In this document: positions 44,602-56,230 of the stretch, piece by piece
Numbering within the stretch: position 1 is the first letter of the stretch
How the letters are laid out: each line of letters opens with the position of its first letter
Assembly: GCA_041650915.1 (NCBI GenBank)
Contig: JBAZKE010000001.1
Span: forward strand, 315,284-379,283
Source: Patescibacteria group bacterium
Lineage (GTDB): Bacteria > Patescibacteriota > Patescibacteriia > UBA10025 > JAHIVO01
DNA length: 64,000 bases
Direction: 5' to 3'
Translations under genes and position numbers: made by a program
Notes under the pieces: generated by a model
Seen by the model: the letters and a program-made list of their open reading frames with translations, nothing else
Database searches by the model: none
Told to the model about the DNA's origin: nothing

Positions 44602-46956
44602 ATGTATCTTTCCCTCAACTGGCTTAAAGAATTTGTCAAATTCCAGCAAACACCGGAAAAGGTTGCGGAGATTTTTACGCTCGGCGGATTTGAGGTTGAG
44701 CAGGCGGTGCATCACGGAGCCCATCTCGACGGGATCGTCGTCGGGCAGATCAAGACGATCGTCAACCACGCTGAGGCCGACAAGCTCTCGGTATGCAGGG
44801 TGGACGTCGGCCGCAAGGAGCCGCTCACGATCGTATGCGGCGCCCGCAATATCAAGCCCGCCCAGCACGTTCCCGTAGCGCTCGTCGGCGCGGTCCTGCC
44901 CGGCGGCATGAAGATCGAACGGCGCCGCATCCGCGGGATCGATTCTGAGGGCATGCTGTGCGCCGAGGATGAGCTCGGCTTGGGTGATGACCACTCCGGC
45001 ATCATGATTCTGGATAAGAGCATCCGTGTCGGCGCGAAGTTTACGCAAGCGATCAAGCTCGATGATACTGTGCTTGATATTTCGGTTGCGCCGAACAGGC
45101 CGGACGGTTTCTCGGTACTCGGGCTCGCGCGCGAATTTGCGGCACTGTCGGGCCAGAAGCTCATGCGAAAAAAGGTAAACGTGCCGGAGAGTGCGAAGTT
45201 CAATATCAAGAAGCTGCTTGCGGTTTCAGTCAAGGATTATGAGCTGTGCCCGCGGTATGTCGCGCGCGTCGTTAAGAACGTGAAGGTCGGGCCGTCGCCG
45301 CTGTGGCTGCAGTCACGGCTGCGGGTGTGCGGCGTGAAGCCGATCAACAACATCGTCGATAGCACCAACTACGTCATGCTCGAGTACGGCCAGCCGCTCC
45401 ATGCATTCGATCTCGCGAATGTCAGCGGCAAGAAGGTTACCGTGCGCAAAGCGGGCACGGATACCCTGTTCCAGACGCTCGATGGCGAACGGCGCACGCT
45501 TCCATCCGATGCGCTCGTGATCGCCGACGCGCAGAAGCCGATCGCCGTTGCGGGCGTTATGGGCGGCGAGAATTCTGAGATTACCAAGCAGACGAAGGAC
45601 GTTGTCATCGAGTCGGCGATTTTTAAGCCTCTATCCATTCGCAAGACGCGCCAGAAGCTCGGAATCGTAACCGAGGCGTCGGCACGGTTTGAGAAAGGCA
45701 TCTGGTGGGATCTGCCTGAGGAAGCGGCGGACCGGGCGGCGCAGCTTATGCACGATCTCGCCGGCGGCGAGATCGCGAGCGGCACGATCGTCGCTTCAAA
45801 AGAAAAGGGGAGAAAGCCGACGGTTATTTTACTTGAAGCTGATTACGTCAGCAAGCATATTGGGAAGACTTTTACGGAAGCGGATATTGCGAAGAAGCTG
45901 TCGCAGCTTCAGTTCCAGGTCGTAAAGAAGAAAAAGGGTGTGCTTGCGGTCACCGTACCGTCGTGGCGCCAGGACGTCTCGATCCCAGCCGACCTCATTG
46001 AAGAAGTGGGGCGGATGTCCGGATGGAATAAGCTCACGCCGTCGCCGGTATACGGGGCGCTGCAGCCCGTGCTCGTGCCTCCCGAAAAGCATTGGGAGCG
46101 GGTTATCAAAGATGCGCTCGTTTCTGCCAGCATGCAGGAAATGCTCAATTACTCGTTCTACGGCGAGCGGCTCATCAGCCAGTTTGGATTGAAGGAAAAA
46201 GACCACTATCGGGTTACGAATCCCCTTAATCCTGACCAGCAGTACCTCCGTACAACGCTGCTGCCGCAGCTCTATGAGAACGTGGTCAAAAATAGCCGGG
46301 AGCGTGATTCAGTCAGGGTATTTGAAGTTGGGAACGTGTTTATCCGTAGCGGGAGTCCAATGCCCAAGGAGGTTATGCGGATCGCTGGGATCGTGTACGC
46401 TAGAAAGTCACAGGGCGGCGGTTCGGCACTTATGGCTGCGATCAAGGCGGTTCTCGGCATGCTTTTTGCCCGGATGCATATCCAGGAGGGGGCGGTCCGG
46501 TTTGAAGCGTTAAACGGCAATGCAGGTTCGGGTAATATTATAATCAGCGGAAAAACAGTTGGCTGCTACGGCCTGCTCTCTGTGGGAGTCAAAAAGCTCG
46601 ACCAAGCGCCCGCGTGGTTTGGATTAACCCTTTCGAAACTCGTACAACATGCGAAGCATGCGCCTCAGTATGAGGAGATCAGCGCATACCCCGCCATTGA
46701 ACGGGACAGTACGTTCTGGACCCCGGACTGCACGCGGTACGATGATATCGTGCAGACGGTCCGGTCAGTCGATCCGCTCATCGCCGGCGTACGGGGCCTC
46801 GGCCTCTTTACGGCAGGTGACGGGAGGGTAAGCGCGACGATCAGGGTTACGTACCGGTCAGCAGAACGGACGCTGACTGCCGAGGAGGCGGGATCAATCG
46901 AGCAGAAGGTTATTGGCACCTTGCAGGAAAAACTAAACATGGAGTTCAAGAAGTAA
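44602..46956 (+). CDS. pheT: phenylalanine--tRNA ligase beta subunit
   Basis: SLNWLKEFV, IVCGA.N, PNRPD, GQPLHAFD, ASARFEKG, DLIEEVGR, ERTLT. Confidence 0.97.
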   Translation: MYLSLNWLKEFVKFQQTPEKVAEIFTLGGFEVEQAVHHGAHLDGIVVGQIKTIVNHAEADKLSVCRVDVGRKEPLTIVCGARNIKPAQHVPVALVGAVLPGGMKIERRRIRGIDSEGMLCAEDELGLGDDHSGIMILDKSIRVGAKFTQAIKLDDTVLDISVAPNRPDGFSVLGLAREFAALSGQKLMRKKVNVPESAKFNIKKLLAVSVKDYELCPRYVARVVKNVKVGPSPLWLQSRLRVCGVKPINNIVDSTNYVMLEYGQPLHAFDLANVSGKKVTVRKAGTDTLFQTLDGERRTLPSDALVIADAQKPIAVAGVMGGENSEITKQTKDVVIESAIFKPLSIRKTRQKLGIVTEASARFEKGIWWDLPEEAADRAAQLMHDLAGGEIASGTIVASKEKGRKPTVILLEADYVSKHIGKTFTEADIAKKLSQLQFQVVKKKKGVLAVTVPSWRQDVSIPADLIEEVGRMSGWNKLTPSPVYGALQPVLVPPEKHWERVIKDALVSASMQEMLNYSFYGERLISQFGLKEKDHYRVTNPLNPDQQYLRTTLLPQLYENVVKNSRERDSVRVFEVGNVFIRSGSPMPKEVMRIAGIVYARKSQGGGSALMAAIKAVLGMLFARMHIQEGAVRFEALNGNAGSGNIIISGKTVGCYGLLSVGVKKLDQAPAWFGLTLSKLVQHAKHAPQYEEISAYPAIERDSTFWTPDCTRYDDIVQTVRSVDPLIAGVRGLGLFTAGDGRVSATIRVTYRSAERTLTAEEAGSIEQKVIGTLQEKLNMEFKK

Positions 46957-46959
46957 AAA

Positions 46960-47940
46960 ATGTTCATAGAAATTTTACTTTTTATCATTGGCATCGGGCT
47001 GCTCTACTATGGCGCGAACATGCTCGTGAAGAACAGTTCGTGGCTTGCGAAGAGCGTTGGCGTATCGCCGCTCATCATCGGGATGACGGTCGTTGCGTTT
47101 GGCACGTCTGCACCGGAGCTGCTTGTCAGTACGATCGCATCAATAGAGCACAATAGCGCAATCGCGTTCGGCAACATTATCGGCAGCAACATTGCGAATA
47201 TCGGGCTCGTGCTCGGCCTCGTCGTGCTCATCTGGCCTCCCAAGTCAGAGGAGAGGGCGGTCCGCCGGGAGTTTCCATTCTTGGTGCTCATTTCACTCCT
47301 CCTCATCGTACTGTGCAGCGACGGCATGCTCGGGAGGGTTGACGGTTTTGTACTGATCGTGCTGTTCTCCCTGTTTTTATACTACAACATCATCACGGTG
47401 CGGCGGAAAATGCTCGATAAGTTTAAGCACGAGGTCGAGGAATTTGGCGATAAGCTCGAAGGGGTTATCGAGCATAGGCGGTTCGAGCGGAAACGCGTTC
47501 TGAAGAATCTCGCCTTTGCCATCGTAGGTCTCGCGATACTGCTCCTCGGTTCGAAGCTCCTCGTTGACAGTGCGATAGCGATTGCCCGCGTGGCCGGCAT
47601 CAGCCAGATGGTGATCGGCCTGTCGCTCGTGGCAGTCGGCACGTCGCTCCCGGAACTCTTCACGTCGGTTATCGCCTCGATCAAGAAGGAAGAGCAGATT
47701 AACGTCGGCATGATTCTCGGGAGCAACATCTTCAATACGCTGTTTATTCTGGGAGTTGCCGCAATGATCCTGCCGATTCCGGTCACGCGCCAAGACTTCA
47801 TCGTCAGTATGCCGGTTATGCTGCTCTTCATATTGTCTGTGTTTCCGATCCTCAAGGAAAATATCAGGACGTATCGGCTGTTTGGGCTTTTCCTGTTACT
47901 CGGGTATTTTACATTCATCATTTATTCATTTATTCGCTAA
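46960..47940 (+). CDS. calcium/sodium antiporter (YrbG/CaCA family)
   Basis: Two alpha repeats GTSAPE...GSNIAN and GTSLPE...GSNIFN. Confidence 0.93.
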   Translation: MFIEILLFIIGIGLLYYGANMLVKNSSWLAKSVGVSPLIIGMTVVAFGTSAPELLVSTIASIEHNSAIAFGNIIGSNIANIGLVLGLVVLIWPPKSEERAVRREFPFLVLISLLLIVLCSDGMLGRVDGFVLIVLFSLFLYYNIITVRRKMLDKFKHEVEEFGDKLEGVIEHRRFERKRVLKNLAFAIVGLAILLLGSKLLVDSAIAIARVAGISQMVIGLSLVAVGTSLPELFTSVIASIKKEEQINVGMILGSNIFNTLFILGVAAMILPIPVTRQDFIVSMPVMLLFILSVFPILKENIRTYRLFGLFLLLGYFTFIIYSFIR

Positions 47941-47958
47941 CGCCATTAAGGAAAATAG

Positions 47959-50040
<2,082 letters not shown>

Positions 50041-50202
50041 CGGGCGTTACCGTACGGAATACTTCAGCTGACGCGGCGGATGCCGATACTGGCGTCCGTT
50101 GAGCGGCATCCTGTCGGTGAATTTGACATATTTTTCCAATGTTCTATACTATACACAGATTACGCAACGAGCCCCCGCAGGGGGTTTTAAAAACCTCATT
50201 TT

Positions 50203-50388
50203 ATGGCGAGTAAAATCATTTCCTACATCAAGGAGTCGAAGGAAGAGCTTAAGAAAGTTATCTGGCCGTCACGCAAGGAGACGACAAAGTTTACGCTCCT
50301 CGTGATCGGCATCAGCATCGCCACGGCGATTTTTCTCGGCACGCTCGACTTCGGCCTCAACATAGTCCTCGAAAAAGTAATTAGGTAG
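50203..50388 (+). CDS. secE: preprotein translocase subunit SecE
   Basis: ELKKVIWPS motif, single TM, immediately before nusG. Confidence 0.95.
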   Translation: MASKIISYIKESKEELKKVIWPSRKETTKFTLLVIGISIATAIFLGTLDFGLNIVLEKVIR

Positions 50389-50389
50389 T

Positions 50390-50935
50390 ATGCCAAAGCA
50401 AACACTCCAGCAGGGAAGGAAGTGGTACGTACTGCATACGTACTCAGGGTATGAAGAGAACGTCGCGCGGAACCTGCGCCAGCGCATCGAGTCGATGGAT
50501 ATGCAGGATAAGATTTTTAGCGTCCTCATCCCGACTGAAAAAAAGATCAAGATCAAGAACGGCAAGCGCCGGGTCGTTACCGAAAAAATTTTTCCCGGTT
50601 ACGTGCTCGTTGAAATGATGGTGACGGACGATTCGTGGTACGTGGTGAGGAATACGCCGAACGTGACCGGTTTTGTCGGTTCCGGCACGACCCCGACTCC
50701 GATCTCTGAGGAAGAGGTGAAGGCAATCCAGAAGCGCATGGGCGTCGAGGAGCCGAAGTATAAGATTGACGTCGCAGCGGGCACACCGGTGAAGATCGTC
50801 GATGGCCCGTTCAAGGAGTTCGAGGGAAAGGTATCCGAGGTTGATGAGGCGCGCGGCAAGGTGAAGGTGCTCGTCTCCATGTTCGGGCGGGAAACGCCGA
50901 TCGAACTCGACTTTTTACAGATTAAGAAAATTTAA
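50390..50935 (+). CDS. nusG: transcription termination/antitermination factor NusG
   Basis: [35 protein letters not shown]. Confidence 0.98.
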   Translation: MPKQTLQQGRKWYVLHTYSGYEENVARNLRQRIESMDMQDKIFSVLIPTEKKIKIKNGKRRVVTEKIFPGYVLVEMMVTDDSWYVVRNTPNVTGFVGSGTTPTPISEEEVKAIQKRMGVEEPKYKIDVAAGTPVKIVDGPFKEFEGKVSEVDEARGKVKVLVSMFGRETPIELDFLQIKKI

Positions 50936-50939
50936 TACC

Positions 50940-51365
50940 ATGGCAAAGAAGATAAAAACAATTATCAAGATTCAGCTTCCCGCAGGCAAGGCAACGCCGG
51001 CGCCTCCGGTCGGCACCGCGCTTGGGCCGCACGGCCTCAATATCCAGGAATTCTGCACTAAGTTTAATGCCGCGACTAAGGATAAGGGCGGCGATATCAT
51101 CCCTGCGGAGATCACTGTTTTTGAAGACAGAACTTTTGCGTTCAAGCTCAAGACTCCGCCGGCGGCAGAGCTGCTCAAGAAGGCGGCTGGGATTACCAAG
51201 GGGTCCGGGCAGGCGCTCAAGCAGAAGGTCGGCAAGGTGACGAAGAAACAGGTGCGGGAGATCGCTGAGACGAAAATGGAAGACCTCAACGCGAAGGATA
51301 TCGAGGGTGCGATGAAAATTATCGCCGGTACTGCCCGAAATATGGGCATCGAGGTCACCGAATAG
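50940..51365 (+). CDS. rplK: 50S ribosomal protein L11
   Basis: [26 protein letters not shown]. Confidence 0.98.
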   Translation: MAKKIKTIIKIQLPAGKATPAPPVGTALGPHGLNIQEFCTKFNAATKDKGGDIIPAEITVFEDRTFAFKLKTPPAAELLKKAAGITKGSGQALKQKVGKVTKKQVREIAETKMEDLNAKDIEGAMKIIAGTARNMGIEVTE

Positions 51366-51514
51366 GTTATTGCCGTACTTGCCCGATCGCGGTATACTGG
51401 CATCAGCAAGAGCCCTTTTAGAACAGTAAACCCATTATTAAAAGGACCATTTTTTAATTGTGTTTTAAAACAAATCGCGGGCGTTGACCGCGATTTGGAA
51501 TAAGGAGCGCAGGT

Positions 51515-52477
51515 ATGACTTTTCTTTCATTCTTAATGCCGCTATTCACCATAGCATTAATTTTATTTTTTATCGTTACAATTATGGAAGGGAAAACGCA
51601 GGCAGATAAACGGCCGGCCATCCGCAGCGCGTATTTTTATCTGGCATCGCTGGTAACGCTCGGTATTGTGGTCGGTTCCGTTATTTTTCTGATTAATTTG
51701 GGATTCAAGGCGTGGGTGTTCACGGACGCAGAGCCGGCAGGGTACGAGCGCGGCGCCCCGGCTTCCCTGTACGCCAGTTCGAAAATCAATCCTGAGGATG
51801 CCGTAAGCGATGCGTTTTTAGAGTGTGACGGGCCGTGCGAATTGACCGCGGCGCAGGAGAGCGATATCGAGACATGGAAAGCGAATTATACGTCCTGGAA
51901 AGAGGCATATACGACTCCGAACGCCGGGCGCACGCGCGATGCCGTCAATGGATTTTCATTCCTGATTGTCGCGCTTCCATTTTTCCTCATTCACTACCGC
52001 ATCGTACAGCGTGATGAGAGAAAAAACGAAAATAAGGAGCACGCAGTCATACGGCCGACGTACTACTATTTTATTTCACTCTCTGCTCTGCTCATGATCG
52101 TGATCGCCGGAGGTTTTCTGATCAACCTGGGGCTCAAAACGTGGGTATTCCCGAGCGCCGGCGAGGCGGATAAAGCATCCAGCCGCTATGAGATGCCGGC
52201 TGCGGAATTGGCATATGAGAAGGCGCCGATCGAGAGCATTGTTGAGTGCGGCGAGGAGTGCGGCGTTGATGCGGATACGGTCACCTTAGCGCAGGGGTGG
52301 CTCACTGACTACGAGAACTGGAACAATTCCGTGCACGACGTTGATTCAACGCAGCGCGAGGCAGCTGCGGCAATCCCGTTCATTCTCGTGGGGGCTCCGC
52401 TGTTTTGGTACCACTGGAGCACGGTCAGGAGAGAGTCAAAAAGGAAAAAAGAAAGTTCAGAAGCGCCAGTGCAGTAA
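51515..52477 (+). CDS. membrane protein with two tandem DUF5671-like repeats
   Basis: Internal duplication IR..Y.Y..SL...FLINLG.K.WVF...C...C...W...Y..W...R.A....F..V..P.F..H. Confidence 0.75.
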   Translation: MTFLSFLMPLFTIALILFFIVTIMEGKTQADKRPAIRSAYFYLASLVTLGIVVGSVIFLINLGFKAWVFTDAEPAGYERGAPASLYASSKINPEDAVSDAFLECDGPCELTAAQESDIETWKANYTSWKEAYTTPNAGRTRDAVNGFSFLIVALPFFLIHYRIVQRDERKNENKEHAVIRPTYYYFISLSALLMIVIAGGFLINLGLKTWVFPSAGEADKASSRYEMPAAELAYEKAPIESIVECGEECGVDADTVTLAQGWLTDYENWNNSVHDVDSTQREAAAAIPFILVGAPLFWYHWSTVRRESKRKKESSEAPVQ

Positions 52478-52496
52478 TTTGAATTACGTTTAATTT

Positions 52497-52535
52497 GTGG
52501 GACTGTCCGTTTGTTGGCGGATGGGTTCGTACCAC
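52497..52535 (+). promoter_or_regulatory. putative L1-binding autoregulatory mRNA leader
   Basis: GTGGGA-[CTGTCCGT...GCGGATGG]-...ACCAC architecture directly upstream of rplA. Confidence 0.6.
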
Positions 52536-52549
52536 GAAAGGGAAGTAAC

Positions 52550-53233
52550 ATGAGAAAGAAGTCAAAGCGGTACGCGGAAGCTAAAAAGCTCATTGATCCG
52601 GCGAAGGCGTACACGGCGAAGGAAGCTGTCGCGCTCATAAAAAAGACGTCAACGGTTAAGTTCGACGCTGGCGTTGAGCTGCACATCCGCCTCGGGGTTG
52701 ACCCGAAGAAGGCCGAGCAGGTCGTCCGGAGTTCGGTCGTGCTGCCGCACGGTACTGGCAAGGAAAAGCGCATCGCTGTTTTTGCCGATGAGAAGGACCA
52801 GGAGAAAGCCAAGAAGGCAGGTGCGGCGGTCGCCGGCGGTGAAGCTCTGATCCAGGAAATCAAGAAAACCGGCAAGTGCGATTTTGACATTGCCCTCGCA
52901 ACACCGGCGATGATGAAGGTCCTCGGGCAGGTCGCGAAGATTCTCGGGCCGAAGGGGCTCATGCCCACCCCGCGCAATGAGACCGTGACAAAGGATGTCG
53001 AAAAATCCATCAAGGCGCTCCTTGGCGGCAAGGTGACGTTCCGCAACGACGATTCGTCCAATATCCACCAGCTCATCGGCCGTGCGTCTTTCGAGCCGAA
53101 ACAGCTTGAAGAAAACTACGCCGCCTTTATTGACGCGGTCCGCAGCGCAAAACCATCCGGCTTTAAGGGTACCTACATTAAAGGCATCAGCCTCTGCACC
53201 ACAATGGGCCCCGGCGTGAAGCTGGCAGTTTAA
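52550..53233 (+). CDS. rplA: 50S ribosomal protein L1
   Basis: KFDAGVELHIRLGVDP, LPHGTGK, LGPKGLMP, TTMGPG; ATG 52550. Confidence 0.98.
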   Translation: MRKKSKRYAEAKKLIDPAKAYTAKEAVALIKKTSTVKFDAGVELHIRLGVDPKKAEQVVRSSVVLPHGTGKEKRIAVFADEKDQEKAKKAGAAVAGGEALIQEIKKTGKCDFDIALATPAMMKVLGQVAKILGPKGLMPTPRNETVTKDVEKSIKALLGGKVTFRNDDSSNIHQLIGRASFEPKQLEENYAAFIDAVRSAKPSGFKGTYIKGISLCTTMGPGVKLAV

Positions 53234-53256
53234 TTTACGTTTTTAATACGTACACT

Positions 53257-53742
53257 ATGCCAAGCCACAAGCGCCCCTCGTGGGATGAGTACTTTATGGA
53301 AGTTACGCGTACAGTCGCCAAGCGCGCGACGTGTGACCGCGGCCGGAGCGGCTGTGTTATCGTGAAAGATAAGCGGATCCTGTGCACCGGCTATGTCGGC
53401 TCTCCGATCGGCATCGAGCACTGCGATGATGTCGGCCATGAGATGCAGGAAAATTATAATGAAAAGGGCGAGAAATCGGTCCACTGCATTCGTACCTCCC
53501 ACGCTGAGCAAAATGCGCTCGCACAGGCTGCCCGCTTCGGCATCGCCATCGACGGCGGGACGCTCTACTGCAAGATGGAGCCGTGCTATATTTGCGCGAA
53601 GATGATCATCAACGCCGGCATCAGGCGCGTCGTCGCGGAGAAGCGCTACCATGCCGCCGAACGGTCGCGTGAGGTATTCAGGAAAGCGGGCGTAGAGCTC
53701 GAGGTGCTCTCCGATGAGACCGAGCAGTACGACAACCAGTAA
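53257..53742 (+). CDS. dCMP deaminase (ComEB-like)
   Basis: RPSWDEYFM, RATC.R, HAEQNA, PCYIC. Confidence 0.93.
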   Translation: MPSHKRPSWDEYFMEVTRTVAKRATCDRGRSGCVIVKDKRILCTGYVGSPIGIEHCDDVGHEMQENYNEKGEKSVHCIRTSHAEQNALAQAARFGIAIDGGTLYCKMEPCYICAKMIINAGIRRVVAEKRYHAAERSREVFRKAGVELEVLSDETEQYDNQ

Positions 53743-53750
53743 CGATACCC

Positions 53751-54173
53751 ATGAAAGTTAACATTAAGCTCCTACGACCAGAAGCCAAGGTGCCTGCGTA
53801 TGGGAGGATCGGTGATGCCGGTCTCGACCTGTACTGTTGCGAAGGGCATACGCTCCAGCCGGGCGAACGGCGCAGGTTCGGCCTCGGTTTCGCCATGGAG
53901 CTCCCCGAGGGTACCGTAGCGCTCGTGTGGGATCGCGGTGGCATGGCGGCGAACCACGGCATTCATTCAATTGCCGGCGTGATCGACAGCAACTACCGCG
54001 GCGAGGTTAACGTCGTTCTGTACAACACCTCTACGGAGCCATACGCGATCAGCGCAGGCGACAAGATCGCCCAGATGCTTGTGCAGCAATGTGAGTCCGT
54101 CGATTTCATCCAGTCTGACGAACTTTCCGATACGGCGCGCGGAGAGCAGGCGTGGCATTCGAGCGGCAGGTAA
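53751..54173 (+). CDS. dut: trimeric dUTPase
   Basis: [24 protein letters not shown]; motifs II and V are divergent. Confidence 0.92.
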   Translation: MKVNIKLLRPEAKVPAYGRIGDAGLDLYCCEGHTLQPGERRRFGLGFAMELPEGTVALVWDRGGMAANHGIHSIAGVIDSNYRGEVNVVLYNTSTEPYAISAGDKIAQMLVQQCESVDFIQSDELSDTARGEQAWHSSGR

Positions 54174-54184
54174 TCGAACACCAT

Positions 54185-54997
54185 ATGCGGAATTACCTTG
54201 ACCTCATGGAAGACATCCTTAGCAACGGAACCGACAAGCCGGACCGTACCGGTACTGGCATCCGGAGCGTTTTTGGTCGGCAGCTCCGTTTTGATTTGCA
54301 GGCCGGATTTCCGCTGGTTACTACCAAGCAGGTCCACCTAAAGTCTATCATCTATGAGCTTCTCTGGTTTCTCAAGGGTGATACGAATATAAAGTACCTG
54401 AACGACCACGGTGTCACGATCTGGGACGAGTGGGCGGATGAGAACGGCGAGCTCGGCCCGATCTACGGGAAGCAGTGGACAGCGTGGGAAGCGCCGGACG
54501 GCACGACGGTCAACCAGATCCAAAATGCGGTCGATATGATCAACGGCAATCCGTACTCACGGAGGATTATCGTGAGCGGGTGGAACGTCGGAGACCTCCA
54601 AGCGCTCATCCGACAGAAAAGATCGGCACCGCCGCCGTGCCATACGATATTCCAGTTCTATGTTGCTGGCGGCAAGCTCTCGTGCCAGCTGTACCAGCGC
54701 AGTGCCGACGTATTTCTCGGCGTGCCGTTCAACATCGCATCGTACTCGATTCTCACCATGATGATGGCGCAGGTGACCGGCCTGAAGCCCGGTGAATTTG
54801 TCCATACCTTCGGCGATGTGCACATCTACTCGAACCACTTTGAGCAGGTTACACTGCAGCTTAAACGGGAGCCGCGGCCGCTCCCAACGTTGAAGATCAA
54901 TCCTAGCGTAAGGGATATCTTTCGCTTTACCTTTGAAGATTTTACGCTCGAAGGGTACGATCCGCACCCGCGGATAAAAGCCCCGATAGCGGTCTAA
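54185..54997 (+). CDS. thyA: thymidylate synthase
   Basis: [35 protein letters not shown]; ATG 54185. Confidence 0.98.
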   Translation: MRNYLDLMEDILSNGTDKPDRTGTGIRSVFGRQLRFDLQAGFPLVTTKQVHLKSIIYELLWFLKGDTNIKYLNDHGVTIWDEWADENGELGPIYGKQWTAWEAPDGTTVNQIQNAVDMINGNPYSRRIIVSGWNVGDLQALIRQKRSAPPPCHTIFQFYVAGGKLSCQLYQRSADVFLGVPFNIASYSILTMMMAQVTGLKPGEFVHTFGDVHIYSNHFEQVTLQLKREPRPLPTLKINPSVRDIFRFTFEDFTLEGYDPHPRIKAPIAV

Positions 54998-55003
54998 ACG
55001 GTT

Positions 55004-55495
55004 ATGCAGCGGACTTCAATCAGCATCATTGCGGCGATTTCGCAGAACAGGGTTATCGGCAAAAACGGTAAGCTGCCTTGGGCCATTCCCGAGGATATGC
55101 GGCGGTTCCGTCAGCTGACCGCAGGCCACGTGGTTATCATGGGGAGAAAGACGTTTGAATCGATCGGCAAACCACTCAAGAACAGGACGAATATCGTCAT
55201 TACGCGCGATTCTTCGTACCGGGCTCCGGGCTGCACGGTCGTCAGTTCTCTGGAAGCGGCGCTTGAGCAGGCAAAGAAGGTGGAGCACACCGAGATGTTC
55301 ATTATCGGGGGCGGGGAGGTCTATAGGCAAGCACTGCCAATATGTGATAAACTGTATTTGACGGTGGTTCACGAGAGTATCGAGGGTGATGCCTTTTTTC
55401 CCGATTTCTCGGCGTTCAGCATTGTCGAGGATAAGCGGGAGAGTTCAGACGAGAACCATGCGTACACATTTCTTAAGCTAACGAGGCAGTCATGA
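55004..55495 (+). CDS. folA: dihydrofolate reductase
   Basis: IG.NGKLPW.IPED, MGRKT.ESI, PL..R, IIGGGEVY, GDAFFP. Confidence 0.97.
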   Translation: MQRTSISIIAAISQNRVIGKNGKLPWAIPEDMRRFRQLTAGHVVIMGRKTFESIGKPLKNRTNIVITRDSSYRAPGCTVVSSLEAALEQAKKVEHTEMFIIGGGEVYRQALPICDKLYLTVVHESIEGDAFFPDFSAFSIVEDKRESSDENHAYTFLKLTRQS

Positions 55496-56151
55496 AAAAG
55501 CGCGGAAAACTCATCGTATTCGATGCCATCGATGGTGCGGGCAAGACGACCCAGGTCCAGCTGCTGACGAAGCGGTTCCGCCGACTTAGGAAGCCTTACC
55601 ACCTGACAGATTTTCCGCAGTACGATAAATCCTTTTTTGGGGCCATGTGCAGGCGGTACCTCAAGGGGGATTTTGGGGAGACCGAAAAGACAAATCCGTA
55701 CCTCATTTCACTCCTGTACGCCCTCGACCGGTATGAAGCGCGTGCAGAGATCGAGCAGCAGCTGCAGGCAGGCAGGATCGTGGTTTCAGACCGGTACGCA
55801 CCCGCGAACAAGATCCACCAGACGCTCAAGATCAGCAATAAGTCGGAGCAGGCAAAGTTTTTGCGGTGGCTCGACGAGATGGAGTTCAAAGTGCTTGGCG
55901 TTCCGAAACCGGATGTCGTCCTCTTCCTCGACGTGCCGCCCTCGATTGCCATGCCGCTCATGAAGGCGAGAGGCAAGCGGGATATGCACGAGCGCGATTA
56001 CCACCACCAGCAGCAGGCGTACCTCATGGCGTTGCAGCTCTACAAGAAGTATCCGAATTGGATACGGATACAGTGCATGCGGAGCGGGCAGCTCCTCCCG
56101 CCTGAGGTGATACATGAGCAAGTGTGGCGTGCGGTAAAAAAGTTCGTATAA
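55492..56151 (+). CDS. tmk: thymidylate kinase
   Basis: DAIDGAGKTT P-loop, FPQY, LLYALDR, SDRY, PD..LFLD. Confidence 0.93.
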   Translation: MKKRGKLIVFDAIDGAGKTTQVQLLTKRFRRLRKPYHLTDFPQYDKSFFGAMCRRYLKGDFGETEKTNPYLISLLYALDRYEARAEIEQQLQAGRIVVSDRYAPANKIHQTLKISNKSEQAKFLRWLDEMEFKVLGVPKPDVVLFLDVPPSIAMPLMKARGKRDMHERDYHHQQQAYLMALQLYKKYPNWIRIQCMRSGQLLPPEVIHEQVWRAVKKFV

Positions 56152-56175
56152 GCACGCTGGCAGTTATTGCTAGCT

Positions 56176-56202
56176 GCGCCGTTCCTCATCGGCGCTTTTT
56201 TT
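56176..56202 (+). terminator. intrinsic terminator after tmk
   Basis: GCGCCG-TTCCTCAT-CGGCGC-T7. Confidence 0.75.
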
Positions 56203-56230
56203 ATTGCCACGTATTTGCTACAATATCGCT

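Noticed and set aside
50041-50202. tRNA-Trp or rpmG expected upstream of secE
   Set aside because: No cloverleaf or T-loop motif and no L33 ORF seen; only short hairpins.
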